Of a stretch of 64,000 bases of DNA, positions 13,560-27,469 are shown piece by piece. A program made the translations under genes and the position numbers. The notes under the pieces are model-generated. The model had not been told where the DNA came from, did no database searches, and saw only the letters and a list, made by a program, of their open reading frames with translations. Numbering within the stretch: the first letter of the stretch is position 1; each line of letters opens with the position of its first letter. The DNA is from Bugula neritina (Eukaryota; Animalia; Bryozoa): assembly GCA_964035545.1 (NCBI GenBank), contig OZ037765.1, positions 12,968,698-13,032,697 of the forward strand. Reading direction: 5' to 3'.

Positions 13560-14900
13560 TTAGCTATAATGACGTTAGACTTCTACAATTTTAGTCTGTC
13601 TAAAAATGAAAATGTGACTTTATCATTATGTTTAACTTTTAGTTTTGCATTTACTTTTAGTTTTACTTTTAGTAAAATACTAAAAGTAAAGTCAAAGACT
13701 AAGAGTCTTACTAGAAAGAGTAACTGTAAGACTGTAAGAGTAATGATACAGTTGCAATCATTATGATTATGATAATGATGATAAAATTAAATGATTACAT
13801 TATGATTATGATTAAGTTTAGCTGACTAATAGTAATACTAATAGTAATACTAATGGCAAATGTAATACTAATAGTAATAGTAATACTGATACTCTAAGAA
13901 AGTAAGATGTAGTATGGTACCGCGCTGTGGTTGCTGTATAATTATTAATTTGATCCAATGTTCGATTCTCTAATACTAATAGTAATAGTAATTGTCCGTG
14001 GTAGAAAACCATTATAATATTTACTTTAGTTTGCACTGATTGAGCACGGAATTCTTTGAGCCTGAGACCTAGTCTGAGCTGTTGACAATGTTTGTTTAAA
14101 CAGGTGCTTTCAGTGATATGATTCGGTGAGTGTTGAATGGTATTCCTTTTCGGCTGAACTTTGAAGAAGCAGACAGATGCTTTCATTTCTTCTTCTGGAT
14201 GCTAGTGGTATTATTCCTAGTTTGTCCATAGCCAAACTCAAATTCATCCGCTCTTTTATGCAGCATATGAAGAGAACCACATCCCACTGAACATGATCCA
14301 AACTGGCATTGTCATTTTTACAAACTAGGTCCCTGACAGCACAGGCATATTCCAGATATAGTAGGCAGAGGGTTTTATATGTGAGCAAACAGGCATGGTG
14401 TTTTCTAATCATTCCAATTTGCGTTTTGCTTTTAGAGCATTCTCATGTATATGTGTATCAAACTTACAATCAGACTTGATTAAAACTCAGAAATATTAAG
14501 TATTATTTACGTTTTTGAGCTCAAAACTATTCAAGGCGTATTTCGGCAAGTCTTGTGCAGGATTAAAAGTCAGAATTTTACATTTAACAATGTTTAATGA
14601 TGTGCCCCATTTGTCAGCCCATTCTCTTTTATGATATTAAGGTTTTGTTGAAGTCGTTGGGTGTTATTGGTAGTGTTGGCCTTTTGATACACAAGAATGT
14701 CATCAGCAAAGAAGCTGACAAAACACTCAAGGGTGTCTGGCAACTAAGTAACTTATATGTTATATTTATAATAATTAATAATATTAATATACATTTATTA
14801 TATTATTGAAAATAATAATCGTAACTGTTGGTATTACTATTACTATGAGTATGACTATTAATATTACTAATGCTCATACTCATACTGCAATAGTGATATA
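13560..14900. repeat. Degenerate (ANT)n / hexamer low-complexity array, split by a LINE insertion
   Basis: Runs such as TTTAGT-TTTACT, ATGATT-ATGATA and AGTAAT-ACTAAT at 13560-14000 and 14760-14900. Confidence 0.7.
13985..14760 (-). mobile_element. 5'-truncated, decayed CR1/L2-group LINE (RT C-terminal half)
   Basis: Minus strand reads LPDTLECFVSFFADDILVY (RT catalytic motif), EWADKWGTSLNIVKCKIL, YKTLCLLYLEYACAVRD (AYKTLVRPILEYACAVWDP-like) and a terminal GFLPRTI. Confidence 0.75.
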
Positions 14901-16145
14901 AACCCCTTAAAAAATTAATTAAAACCAAATAACACCCCATTAGTAAATCTTTCACTTTTGCCTAAGCGTAATTTGATTAGGTGTTATCTTTGAGATTAAA
15001 TTATTTTTAAAGTAAATGTGAACTTTCATATGCTATCTAACATTTACTAAGGTTTATGGCTGAAAAGAGCAAATTTTATAGAAAAAGTGCCCTCCTTGAC
15101 TATTTTTTCTGCCACTTTTACAATTATCTTGTTATTGGTAGTATGGAATTTAGGCTACCCAAATTAGTAATTAATATTGGAAATTGTACAAGTATTGCAA
15201 TTTTCGTTGTAACTAACTTGTACAGCTACACTGTAGTAAGGGGTGGGGTGCACATGCTCAAACTATGAATGGATGTAGAACTAGATTGTGTCATTGTAAT
15301 TTAATTCAGCTACCTGGCTCTGGTTGAGTGTTATTCATATGATTAGTATTATACTTAAGACATAGTTTTAGTGTGATTTTCATCTGATTCTACTTGTTAG
15401 CCTACTTGCAGTCATAGGCATGTTCTTTCAATTTTTAATGGCAACTCTATTTTTATTTGATTGTGTTTTTATTAGGTAATTAATTTAATTAGTTTAATAA
15501 TTTATTAATTTAGTAATTAATTTTGATTAAGTCATGTTGAGTTTCTGTCTGTGAGGAAAATGACTTTATCTCCAATCCAAACCAAGACTTCGAAACATGA
15601 ATTAAGCAAAATTTTAATCTTCTGTAGTTGCTAATTCTGTTATTTAAGTATTGTTAAACTTACTTATTTTTAGATGGAGCTTCTAAGTGCATAAGCTCTA
15701 TTTGAATTTTAATTTTAGGCAGAAGTAGTTCATGTCTTTCCTAAAATTATCATTCTATGCTATAAATGGATAATCATTAGCAACAGAAAGTTGTATTTTT
15801 TAATTTATCTCAATTTTTTGGATTAATTAACAATATGTTAATAAAATAACTATTGCAAAATTGTAGATAGCATAACACTAGCATGTGTAGATGTATAACT
15901 CTGCTGGTATATTATAATTATCTATATGCATTATTAAAAGGTAGGATGTGTGCTCAATGTACCATACCTGTATTTTTTTCTCACTAAATATTGTGGTTTA
16001 ATAAAGTATAGCTTTTGCTCCAACTCAAACTTAATAACCTCATCAAAGCTCATAACATCTATATTAAACTTTGGGGAAAACTTTTGCCCAATTTTTCAAA
16101 ATATATATGTTTGTGTGTTATTTTAGTTTTAGATCCTTCAAAAGT

Positions 16146-19100
16146 ATGGATTCAAATACAACTACAAATGGCGCTGCTAGTGCAAAGAAAAAGACTTCCA
16201 AAAAGGGTATATATTAATAATTAAAGCATTATAATTACTGTCATTTTTAATCTATTATCAGTTTTAAAAATATTGCATTTATATGCGAGTACCTAGAATA
16301 TTTCGGTGGCCGAAAAAGCAATAGACATTTACATTCCAAGTAATACGAAAAATAGAGTTCATTTATCTTGATACCTAACTGATTGTGCAAGATTGAAACT
16401 CCGTCTACAGTAGTTTGTGGTCACATAAACCTTAGGCAACATGATTTTATCTCTTACATAATTATGCTAAAAGCTATAATTACTTGATTAATACAAGCTT
16501 CATTTTCATTGATCAGAATTTTGTTAAATGTTATAAATTATCACTTAAAATTTTTATGGACATCAATGTGAATGGTAACTTTGCAATGTAGTACAACCAT
16601 GTGACCAGGTGTTGAAAAGTTTCACCTTTTTATAATGAATCTTAAAATTAATTAAAGAAATTTGCTAAAGGTGAAGTGATAAAAAACAGTTTGCCCACGC
16701 TGCTTATATATGTTAACAGTTCCTTTGAAAGTATCGATGTAATCAATAGTTTCAGCTAGCCTGTATTCTGCTGTTAGCGTATGCATTTCTATTATATTTT
16801 TGTTCTACCAGTTTTAAAAAATTACTGCTTGTTTATATTTTTAGAGAGTCTAAGCCTGTATTTGCATTTACTGTATTTGTAAATGTATTATGTAAACATG
16901 ATTGAATGCTAAAAAATTCTCTGATAATGAGTGTTCAGTTAGCCCAATTTGATCATGTATTGGTAGCATATTTATATGCAACGATGTGCAAAGACATGTC
17001 TTTAGTGCAGATTTTCTGTGCATATTAAGATTTGACTTATTTTTAGGGAAGTTGAAAAGGCGCAACACTTTGAAATACCCCTTAATGTCAAGGAGAAAGC
17101 TCTGCCAAATTTGCGGAAGCAAAGCTTACAAACAGTATTTTGGAGTTCTCTCCTGTGAAAACTGTAAAGTAAGAAGTTATTTTATCCATAAAGTTGAGTA
17201 AATTCATAATAACTTGTTTTATAATGCATATAATAAAAGTTTTTAAAACTTCAAACAGTTGCATATTACTGCTTTGTAGAGTTGTTTCTACCAGAAAATT
17301 TTTTATGCAGACATCAGCTTTTCAGCTTTCAAACATAGTTTAATACCAAACAGTTTTAGTTTTAGAGATAAATAAATATAAGTAGTAGTCTTGTGGTTAA
17401 ACTTATTTTAGATCAGGGCTGTAATGTGAATATAAAACATATTACCAGTATTTATATAATGATGTGACCATGGTTTATATAACGTTCTTTTTAAATGTGT
17501 TTTTAAGGAGTTCTATAAATACAGTGTGAGGACTGGTAAGTCATATGTGTGCTCTGGGAAAAAGGAGGGTGAGGAGCAGCAGTGCAGTATAAATTTAAAA
17601 GTTGATACAGAGCCTTGCAAGAGCTGTCTTTTTGATAAATGTAAAGCTAAAGGAATGAATAGATTAGGTAAGATATGGTTTGTTTTGTCTTCACCTGCAA
17701 TGTACACCTACTGTGCTTAGATCCACAAGTGCGGTGCTTATAATAAAAACAGCCTTGCTATTTTATTTTCGAATTAAATTTTTCCCATATATTAGCTACT
17801 TTTATTGTTTTTTTATTGTTTTTGAGATACTTGTAATATTTTAAGAAAAGTGAAGCTGGAATGTTATATAAGGGTCTTGTTTAACAGTTTGTTATATCTT
17901 ACTTTAGATGTTAAGCTGTATCAACGCTCTAATCGAAGGCAACTTCCCATAAAGACTCCAGGAATTATTAAACAGCTTGTCAGAGTCTACTTCAGTGTAT
18001 TCCAATTACAGGAAAGACAATTTCTAGCTAAAAATGCAAAGCCATTGCTTTTAGTATGTTAATCTTTATTCATTTTCACCAATAATCACATTTAACCTGT
18101 TAGATAAATTTTTAGTTTAGTGCACATGTGATACTAAAGCTACAACTTTCTCTTTTCAACTCTTATTTACTTAAACTATTTTACCACATACAATTTATGG
18201 GGCTATAATTATTTCATGTAATTATTTAATCTATTTGTTGAAATTCGTTTGCAAATACTTATTCCTTGTAGTCTGACACTCCACTAGAAAAATCAAGGTC
18301 ATCATACAAAGCCTCTATGTTTTCTCAGCTCTGTTCTCAGTATGAGCCACTAATCTATAAGATGGTGAAATTTTTCAGCCGAGTTCCAGGTTGGTGCAGT
18401 TTGTTTAAAGTTAGATTCGTACGCACTTTTTCAAAACTTTAGAAGACTTTCTTGATAAATTTGACAAGGAGTCATCAACAATAAGCAATGATTTTTCTCA
18501 ATACCAAACCAGATGAGCACTATGAATTTAATTTCAGTTATTTTCAATGTAGTTACGTCTGCTTCTCCTTGTAGAACACACTAAAGTAAATGTAGGGAGA
18601 GTAATAGCACAGTGTAATGTTGAGGTAAATAATAACAAGTTGGTTGCAATAACAGCGTTGAATATTCTAATGAAAGTGCAAGTATGAAACTACTTAGCCA
18701 AGTTAGAACATTGCATATCTATTGAGAATTTGGCTGGAGTACCATGAATTCATTTGTATGTGTTTCGGTCTTTGCGCTAATGTGGCATATAGTTCTAATT
18801 TAGAAAATAATGTTTACTTATTACACAACAAGTTAAATTTCTTGCAACATTTACACGTTTGCAATAACCACTGAGCAATAGGTTGATATGATGTGAATCT
18901 CAAAGTATATATATTTATTTTCTAGAATTTTCTACACTGCCATCGGATGACCAATTAATTCTTTTGAAGACAGGTTTTATTGATGCTTGGCTTGTTCTGA
19001 ATGCTAGAAATCTGTCAATTGTACAAGATTCTCTCACTTTATGTGATGGATCTCAAATACCAGTTTGTGAGTTCACAACAGTTTATACGGTAAGCAAAGT

Positions 19101-20237
19101 TTTAATTAAATCTTTAAAATTATGAGTCTCAATATGCGTACTCAAAGATATATTTAAATTGCTGGTCAACTGTATCATAACTTTGTATAATTGTAGAAAG
19201 ACTATGTGACCAGCTTGTTAGAGCTAAGTGATGACTTCAGGGTTATGAAATTACTCCCATATGATAGGGCTGTGATATTAGCATTGGTTGTTTTATGCTC
19301 AGGTATTGTCAATTATTTCTCATATAACAATGCAGTGTTCATGTTGTCTGATGTTTGGATGTTTCTATATCCTGTTGGTAATAAAATTGAAATTTTAAAA
19401 TATAATAATTTTAATTAATTTATAAATAATTAAAGTTACCTTGCAAAAGTATCTTCGAATTCCTAGTTTTCTCTCTTTCCTGATAAATCATTGAGGGGTT
19501 TATCTATGCTTTGCCTTAGTAGTAAACTGCAACATTAGCAAAAATACGTAGCCTGCAATTTCGATGTGGCTGTTTAAGTTGTATTAAAACAGGTAAAATC
19601 TACTATTCTGGGGATTCTAAATGTGAAATATGAAGGTGTAAAAGGTGCGTCCAGCTGTGACTTAGCTGGCCTCATTCTGTCTAGCAACCAAGCTCTCGCT
19701 TTATGTTTTGACAGAGCCGTTGTTAAATGAAGTGGTTAAAAAAACAATCTTCAAAAACATGTCATTTAGGTACCATTTAGGCTTGGATAGTGCATTTAAA
19801 TGATGTTGTTGCCCTTATATAGTGAAATTATTTTTCTCGAAGTAGATGAAGTGTATTTCATTTTTTTTAATGATATGAACAAATGCTTGATGGAGAAGAC
19901 ATATATGTCAAAGCAAAATTGTCTGTAGAAGTGTTTCTCATTGCTTACAAAATGTTTAATTTAAGCAGATCGTCCTAATTTGATTGCAACGGATAAAGTA
20001 AAAGAAATGAAAGACTCTTTGCTAAAATCCCTCCGCCAGTTCCTTCAACTGACAAGACCTTCTAACACAAATATGTATACAAAGATTACAAATCTCCTTT
20101 CCTCCATCTACGACATTGGCAAGCAACATGCTCTGCTTATGAACATGTACAGAGCTGAGCTAGATAACTTGCATGTCTCCTCGGTGATTACAGAACTGTT
20201 TGACCTTCACCCTCCTCATGCATACAAGGAATCTTGA
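16146..20237 (+). CDS. Nuclear receptor, NR1 group (E78/E75/Rev-erb-like LBD) with divergent C4 zinc-finger DBD, 8 coding exons
   Basis: Exons: 16146-16206, 17047-17168, 17508-17667, 17908-18053, 18272-18389, 18926-19089, 19197-19302, 19969-20237, with consistent phases. DBD: CQICGSKAYKQYFGVLSCENCKEFYKYSVRTGKSYVCSGKKEGEEQQCSINLKVDTEPCKSCLFDKCKAKGM. LBD signature: VKFFSRVPEFSTLPSDDQLILLKTGFIDAWL...LTLCDG...SDRPNL...GKQH...VITELFDL, closely resembling E78 (NR1E). Confidence 0.88.
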
Positions 20238-21367
20238 TGGTAACACCTGCATTTTCTGTTTTTGATTAAACTGAATTGTGTACTTGTGTACTTTACAGCT
20301 ATCAAATTTTATGCATTTTCTAGAGTTCAGTTTATATGCAACAACTACTAAACTAGTAGTAGTATTATGTAATAGTAGCATGCAATTTGATTGTTACTTG
20401 CTGTTTTTATTTTGTAAGGTTCTGCCAAAAATAAATTCTCACCTATCTCCACTTTGTATTGTTTGGGTTGCGGGTCTGCAGAAAATAAATGACAGAACTG
20501 TAAAGACTGTTTAAGAACAGTGTTGAGCTAGTTACTCCACTCATTGGGTGATAGTATAGTTCTGTTAGCTGCAGAACTACTATTTTCCTTCTCGAGTTTA
20601 ATTTTTTATTTAATTTTAGTGTTGTTGCTATTTTTCCTAACAGATGACTTCTCATGCTACAAATGTTGAATTATCAGCAGCACTGCACCTGGTGATGGTC
20701 ATACCCAATATGGCTTGCACTTTGCACTAAAATATTTGTCATGAAAGTAATATTTTGATATATAAGGTTGTTGCAGCTTATATTTTAAACTTTAGTCATG
20801 TCATAAGTTATTTGAAATGTTCTTTCACGTCTCTGATACTCTTGTTGAAACTAATTGTCAATATTGAAATATGTTGTACAAAGTTTGTTTTGCAGTCTCA
20901 ATGTTATTGTGCACAAAGATGAAGCTATATGTAAAATAAACTAAGAAATATATTTTAATTGGTACAAATTTGTCTTTGCGCAGTTAAGCTGTGAGCAAAT
21001 TAATACATTGAAAATTAAATTGCAATCAAGTATAAAATGTTGACTGCTTCACAAGCTGCAACTTATATGCATATTGGAATGTAATTGGATCAACATATAA
21101 ATTCATTTGCTCTAAACTCTAAAAGTCTAACGTCTAAACTTTTGAAGCCCTTTTAATTCAATTTTATAATAAAAACTTGGATTATCTAATATTTTTTTAT
21201 TCTAATTATTTTATCAACATGAAAGTTTGATAAATATAACAGCTTGGCAAATACTTGTAATTCTAATTCTCGGTCGCAACTGTCTGGTTTGTGACAGGTT
21301 GGTTTGTTTGTTCAATAGACACTGCTAAGAATCTTAGATCAACTACTAGTGCTGTTTGTAGTAGCAG

Positions 21368-21416
21368 TAGCTGTCACAAGTATATATATATATATATATA
21401 TATATACTTGTGACAG

Positions 21417-21467
<51 letters not shown>
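21368..21467. repeat. (TA)n microsatellite with a perfect 52-bp palindrome
   Basis: TAGCTGTCACAAG-(TA)13-CTTGTGACAGCTA at 21368-21419, followed by (TA)n to 21467. Confidence 0.95.
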
Positions 21468-21468
<1 letters not shown>

Positions 21469-21623
21469 CATGATGTCAACAATGCAAAAGTTTTAGTGAT
21501 ACGTTGTGTCCTACGATTGGTTCAACAATCAAAATGACTAAAGTTCACTTTGTATCTGTCTCCTCTTGAAGCCAGCTGCTTATTCTACTATCTCAGATGT
21601 ACTTTTGAATACTTGTTGATAAC

Positions 21624-22531
21624 ATGCATTCTAGACAATTTTCGTTCTCTGGTAATACATCAATGACTAATGGTATGAATGAGATTGTCTCTCCAATCTA
21701 CACTCTTACTAAGTAAGTTTATTTGTAATTTGTTTTTTATAAGTGGAAAGTTTATAGCTTGAAAATAATATGTTGTTTTCCATGATTATGTAGTTGTTAG
21801 AGTAACATTTGTAGTATTCATTTAATTTTATAGAAGATAAACTTAAATCATGTAGAAATTCACCATAGACTGAAACTTTTCACCATGTTATCACAATTCA
21901 ATGTTCAAATGTTTTTAAAGTTACTAGTTGCTGCGTAGTGTTATACGTAACGGATAGCACAATGCGTTGCACATTGTAGTAGAAAACATTCAGCGGGAAT
22001 ACAATTCTAAAGAATACATGTTTTTTACCTCTATTGGTAATTATAATATAACTTTGTGATGCAGTTTATATAGATTATAAATAGTAAACATCACTTGTAT
22101 GTGTGGGTATGTTGCCAAGAGAAATTTTATAAACATGTGCATGCAAAAATCTACGAAGCACATTATTTTTTAGAAATCCAGATGAAGTTATAGAGATGAA
22201 AGTCTTCATCAAAAAAGTAAAGAGTGCTATCGGTAGAGATGGATTAGATGATGGAGTATGTGTGTTTGAGAAAGTGATAGACCATAGGATAACATTACAA
22301 GATATTGAAGAGGAAGATGATGATAAAGTTGTCTGCCCAATTAGTAACAAGAAGACGACTTTCAAATCTTCATTCTACAATGTACTTTGTAGCCTCAGAA
22401 GGAAAATTAGGAATAGTAGTGACAGTGACGCTAAAGCTATATCCTATAGACAAAACAAAGCAAGTAGAAAATGGCTAAAGGCTGTTAGATCTTGTTTTAC
22501 AGTAAAAAGTGATCAGTATTCTCTATATTGA
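21624..22531 (+). CDS. Hypothetical two-exon orphan protein, 148 aa
   Basis: Exon 21624-21712 ends in phase 2 at a GTAAGT donor. It joins in frame to exon 22174-22531 after a TTTTTTAG acceptor, giving MHSRQFSFSGNTSMTNGMNEIVSPIYTLTKNPDEVIEMKVFIKK...QYSLY*. AATAAA lies at ~22778. No domain recognised. Confidence 0.55.
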
Positions 22532-24400
22532 AACACTAGCTGCTCAATTATGTTCATCTGAATGTATATAGTATTTTAATAATGCTGTAATTACATATAT
22601 TATGTATACATGTATATATTTTTTGTTATCACACAATATGCATGTGTCACTGAGATATGCACTACAGCTAGTAGTAACTCAAATATTTATGTGTATCTTG
22701 AGCCTCCTAATCTTTTGGGCTGAGCCTCATTTCTCTCCTATATAATAGCATATGTATAGCAAAAACTGTTTCATTGAAATAAACCATTTTTAATTTACAA
22801 TATATATTAAATAACATACTAATTAAAATTTGCTATAATAAGATTCTTGAAGCAGTTGATATAGCAGCATTGATTGCATCGTGAATTTTTCCCAGTTGCA
22901 AATGAAACACTGGGGATTGGTATTGACATAATAAAGCACCATTTTATTGGTATGTGGTTCAAATATCAAGCATGCAATAGTATTATAATTTATATCAAAA
23001 GCACAACAGCCACATTACACATGGAACTAATTTACACAAAAATATCTGTTCACTTTATAAAGGATGCAAAAAACAAATAATTGTATTTCATCACTATAAT
23101 ATCTGATATAGCTGACTTCTACAGTATAACACTAGTATGCAGATTAATCACATAACAGTATTGTTTGAACTGCCCAAATGTAGGTTGTATGTTTATATGT
23201 GCTGGTAATTTGCTACTTTTATTTAACTCACAAGTTTCAAGTAATAGGGTGGTAAATTTTTAGCTTTACTGCCTAAAGAGGGCAACTTCAAATGCCTGAG
23301 TATACTTCTGCTTAATCAAGTGAGATACCATGCAAAAACTACAAGTCAATAACTAATACTCATTCTGTAATTGCGAATGTTCAAACGTGCAGATCTTTTT
23401 GTTTTACAACCAGAGGGTAAAAAAGGAGAATAGGATTTAAGTTCAAAAGATTTCAGCAATTGTAGCCTGTAATATGCTCATACAGATACAACGTGCATTT
23501 TGCTTTTATTTCAAGCTTTTAAAACTCGCTTCAAGCTCTTCTTTTACTCATGCACAGGTTTGCTACAAACTAGAAAGTTCTGTGGGTGAATTTAATCACT
23601 GCTACATGGTTGTTATTGGTCAGGTCTGTAATTGTATGAGAATACAGCATCTGCTGATAGGAAGATTTTTCTGTTTCTGAATAATGTGATTATTATATTA
23701 TTATTATTCTAAATAGGTATAAGTTTCACATATATTATATCAAATGAGAACATTTATTTGCCGTCCTTGCAACTATAATTTTTTATATCACTTCAACTTT
23801 TCCTTTAAAGTGTAACCATGCAGCAATTTCTTCCTCCCATACTTCTCTCCGGTCTGTAAGCATAGCAAATAATTAAAATTAGTTTACCATTTAGTTTTAA
23901 ATCAAAATATTATTTTTTGCTAAAATTATTTTACATGCTTCAGTTTACTAATGCAATAGTTTTAAAAAATAGAACTTCATTGCAAGTATAAATTATTTGC
24001 TTATATTATCAACAATATTTTACTTACGCATTTGATATTTTATCCTAAATTTGCACTCTTGTACTTATATAGTTAGGGGAATAAATTCTTGATACATCTA
24101 TTGCAATTATAATAATATATCTAGTGGCTATATTGGTTTATTGTTATATTAGCTTACAAGGCTACACCCTGGAAAGTTTATGCAAGCAAGACAATGTTAT
24201 AGTTTTATTCAGAGTATGTTGGTTTATCCATTTATGCTCCTGGAATAAAGGTACATGGAACAAAACAATATAGCCTACAAAGTGGCCCTGTTTGAATCAG
24301 AGTCTATAAATAGCATCAATACCCTTGCAGCATCTAAACACTCCTATTTGAAACAAATCAGCAGCAACTGTATAGAATACATGAAACTGTTCTGAAAAAT

Positions 24401-24690
24401 TGAAAGCACCATGAATCATAAAACAGCACCATGAATCATAAAACAGCACCATGAATAATAAGACAGTACCATGAATCATAAAACAGTGAAGATATGACAT
24501 GCAAAACTTACAGTAGAGTAACTAACAGTAAAGCAACTTATAGTAGAGTAACTTACAGTAGAGTAACCTACAGTAGAGTAACTTACAATATAGGAACTTA
24601 CAGTAGAGTAACTTACAGTGAAGTGCATGACTTATACAATAGAGTAACTTGCAGGGTAGTAACTTGCAGTGTAGTATCTTACAGTAGAGT
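24401..24690. repeat. Two adjacent minisatellites (20-mer and 15-mer)
   Basis: AAACAGCACCATGAATCATA x~4 at 24401-24486, then AACTTACAGTAGAGT x~11 (degenerate) at 24505-24690. Confidence 0.9.
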
Positions 24691-25905
24691 GTTGCTTCTA
24701 AATTTCCAACAGACTGCTTTGAAATCTTATTTAGATCACCTTTTAGCCTTGAGTTCTTTCTTTAGTAAGTGATGATCTGTGTTTTCAGCGCGCTTGCACA
24801 GAGCTTTGAACACCATGACTCTTCAACTTTTCTTCCAGTTTCAAGGTGACATCTTTTGGCGATAACATCACCTATCCTTAATATAAATGTATTTTCGTTA
24901 AGAAAAAGTGGTTTATAACCCTTTAAATAAAATAAAATAAAAGCCAACAAGATTAGAAAAGTTTTCAACATTCATTTGTTAACTAAACCATGTATTTTTC
25001 AGAAAATATTAGCATAGACCATGTGAATTTTAGAGTAGTATTATGTAATGCATAGTACGTGAACCTATAATATTTTTAGGTAGAATTGAAAATGAAACAA
25101 TTCATCCAGATCTAGTATTTGCATACATGAATATTAATGAGTTTGCTTCATTGATTGTTGAAGATGATTTTGGGTGAACAGATAACAAACAACAAAGATA
25201 GTAGTTTATAGATATTATTTAGTTGATGATAACATTGTAAGCAGCCAAAATGTTAAAGCTCAACGTCTCTGTTACAGTTTTTTGTCTAAAAATGCTTGCA
25301 TAGTCCCATCAGACAATTTAATAAAACTATTATTAAATCTGCTGTTCGATTACCATTTATATGACATTCAGAGTTACCATATCAACTTAATGTTTTCCTA
25401 TATGTTATATCGTTTCAGATTGAATAACACTTTGTATTGGGCAAACATAATTTTCAGTTACAGTGCACACCATCGATGCACAACACGTCCAAAAATGATG
25501 AAGAACGTTTCATCTTACAAGTCTCTACTGCAGTAACAGCATAACATAGATAATAGCTCCAGTTACATACATACAGCTTTACTAGGTATTTATTATACTG
25601 TATAAAAAACTGTGGTTGTAAAACCAATGAATGTTGACACACTCTACAGTCTACAGTAACTTTTTAATGAGTGAAAATTAAGCTAGTGGCTATACACAAC
25701 AATAGTTTTAGTGTCCCATTTGTAATAAAACCATGCTGGTCATATTAATGGCCCTCTGCACTATCGTAACCATAAGAATATCTATACATTACTCAACTAA
25801 TCAGATGCAAATATCAACATGGTCATGTGAAATTTAAGTAATCGGAGTCATATTGTAGTTAATTATTTCTATTCCGACAACACTCGTAGATACTATCATC
25901 TGTAG

Positions 25906-26210
25906 TAGTGTCTGGTAAAAATAGCACAGGTAAAAATAACACAGGTAATAATGGCACTGGTAATAATGGCACAAGGGGCAAAGTAGATAAAAAGGGCACA
26001 TTTTCAACATTACGGCTTGGGGTTGGGGGTTTGCATGGGTGTTTAGAATGGGGGTTTAGGTTTTATAGAAATGAGGGTTTGAGTTTGGGATTGGGGTTTA
26101 AGGGTTGAAGGTTTGAATTTGAGGTTTGAGAAAAATTAACATCAGTGTACCATTTTTTCCTACTTTTCCATTTGTGCCCTAATTACCGGTGCCATTTTAA
26201 CCTAAAATCC
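25906..26210. mobile_element. MITE with subterminal GGTAAAAATGGCAC repeats
   Basis: Imperfect long TIRs are built from GGTAA(A/T)AATGGCAC units. The direct repeat ATCTGTAG at 25898-25905 and 26211-26218 is the TSD. A partial inverted copy lies at ~45778-45970. Confidence 0.75.
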
Positions 26211-27469
26211 ATCTGTAGCTGTCATGAATAGGTTTGGGCATGCCTGGGTTACCTCTGCGTTGATAAATGGGAAGGAGCTATAGTTAAGATAGCTATTACT
26301 TTTAGGTACTACTAGCTATCATTCTTAAAGTATCACCCCACACCTATTAGTCCAGCTAATCAGTTACAGATTCAGAAGAGATTACAATAGTATTTATAAA
26401 TAAGATAGACAATAAAGATAGTGCTGTGTTGTATGAATTACAAAGGTATGTTTACTTGTTTGTACTATTGAACATTATTTTGCGTAGTTACATGTCATGT
26501 TATTAAAGTTTCTGATATTGTTAAAAGTTATATTTTTCTGTTGAGCAAATGATTATTATTAAAGGATGCTGTTATGCTATATTATGCTGTTGAAACAAGC
26601 TTATTGTGTAATTTTAGATTTCATGCTACGTTATTAGATTCAATAAAGAAAACTATTAAATTTTAATTGGTGAATCTCACAAACCTTCTACATGTATATA
26701 TAAAGAGGGCTCTAAAGTTAGAACCAGAAAATTATAAGCCAATAAGAAGGCAATCTGTATAAACTGCTATCTAGCAATTAGCATTGATTTGCTAAGCATA
26801 TGTTCAAACTTTGTGCTTCACCATTTTTTTTGGGTGCCAGGAAACTGCAACCCATTCATTGCAAAGTTGATAAAAAAACTATAAAGCATGTTATGCAGCA
26901 ACAGCTGGAGTTAAGGTAAAACTGTAGGCCCCTACCCTAGAGTATTTTTGCAAACCTGATTTAGAAACTTTGACAAATGAACTCAATACTCATAAATGAT
27001 GAAAATGAAATAATACTTGTAACAAAAGTTGCACAACTACTTTTTAGAAGCGTTCATTTTGCACCTGAGCTTACAGAATTTTATGTAAATCACAATGGTA
27101 AGATATTAGAGTCGGAACACACCCCTGATTGGCTGAATTTTGCATGCTCTATTGGGCAGCCTTTTCATTGGTGTTTCTTATTATTGTTCAAGTGCTTTCT
27201 CAGTGAAATAAGGGTAATTTCTTCAACAAACTAGCTCAAGCACCTACGGTATTTTATATTTAAGCAATGTTAGCATTATTTATGTGATAATTATTTTTTG
27301 TAGTCAACTATAATATGGCAATATTCTGATAGAATAATATATTATTATGAAACAAGCAAATTCGTCACTCGGCGTCGAGTGCATACATTTCCTGAGAGGA
27401 TAACTCGCGCTAAAAAAGCAACAAATCATCTCGTATAGCCTCGATTTGGGGCACTTCAGGCAATCGAAA

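Noticed and set aside
24401-24772. CRISPR-like or coding interpretation of the tandem repeats (ORF TYSRVTYSRV...)
   Set aside because: These are head-to-tail repeats with no unique spacers in a eukaryotic genome. The ORF is a by-product of the 15-bp unit.
23770-25560. Possible minus-strand exons (acceptors near 23854, 24390, 24875)
   Set aside because: They could not be joined into a consistent ORF and no domain was recognised. A lncRNA cannot be excluded without RNA data.
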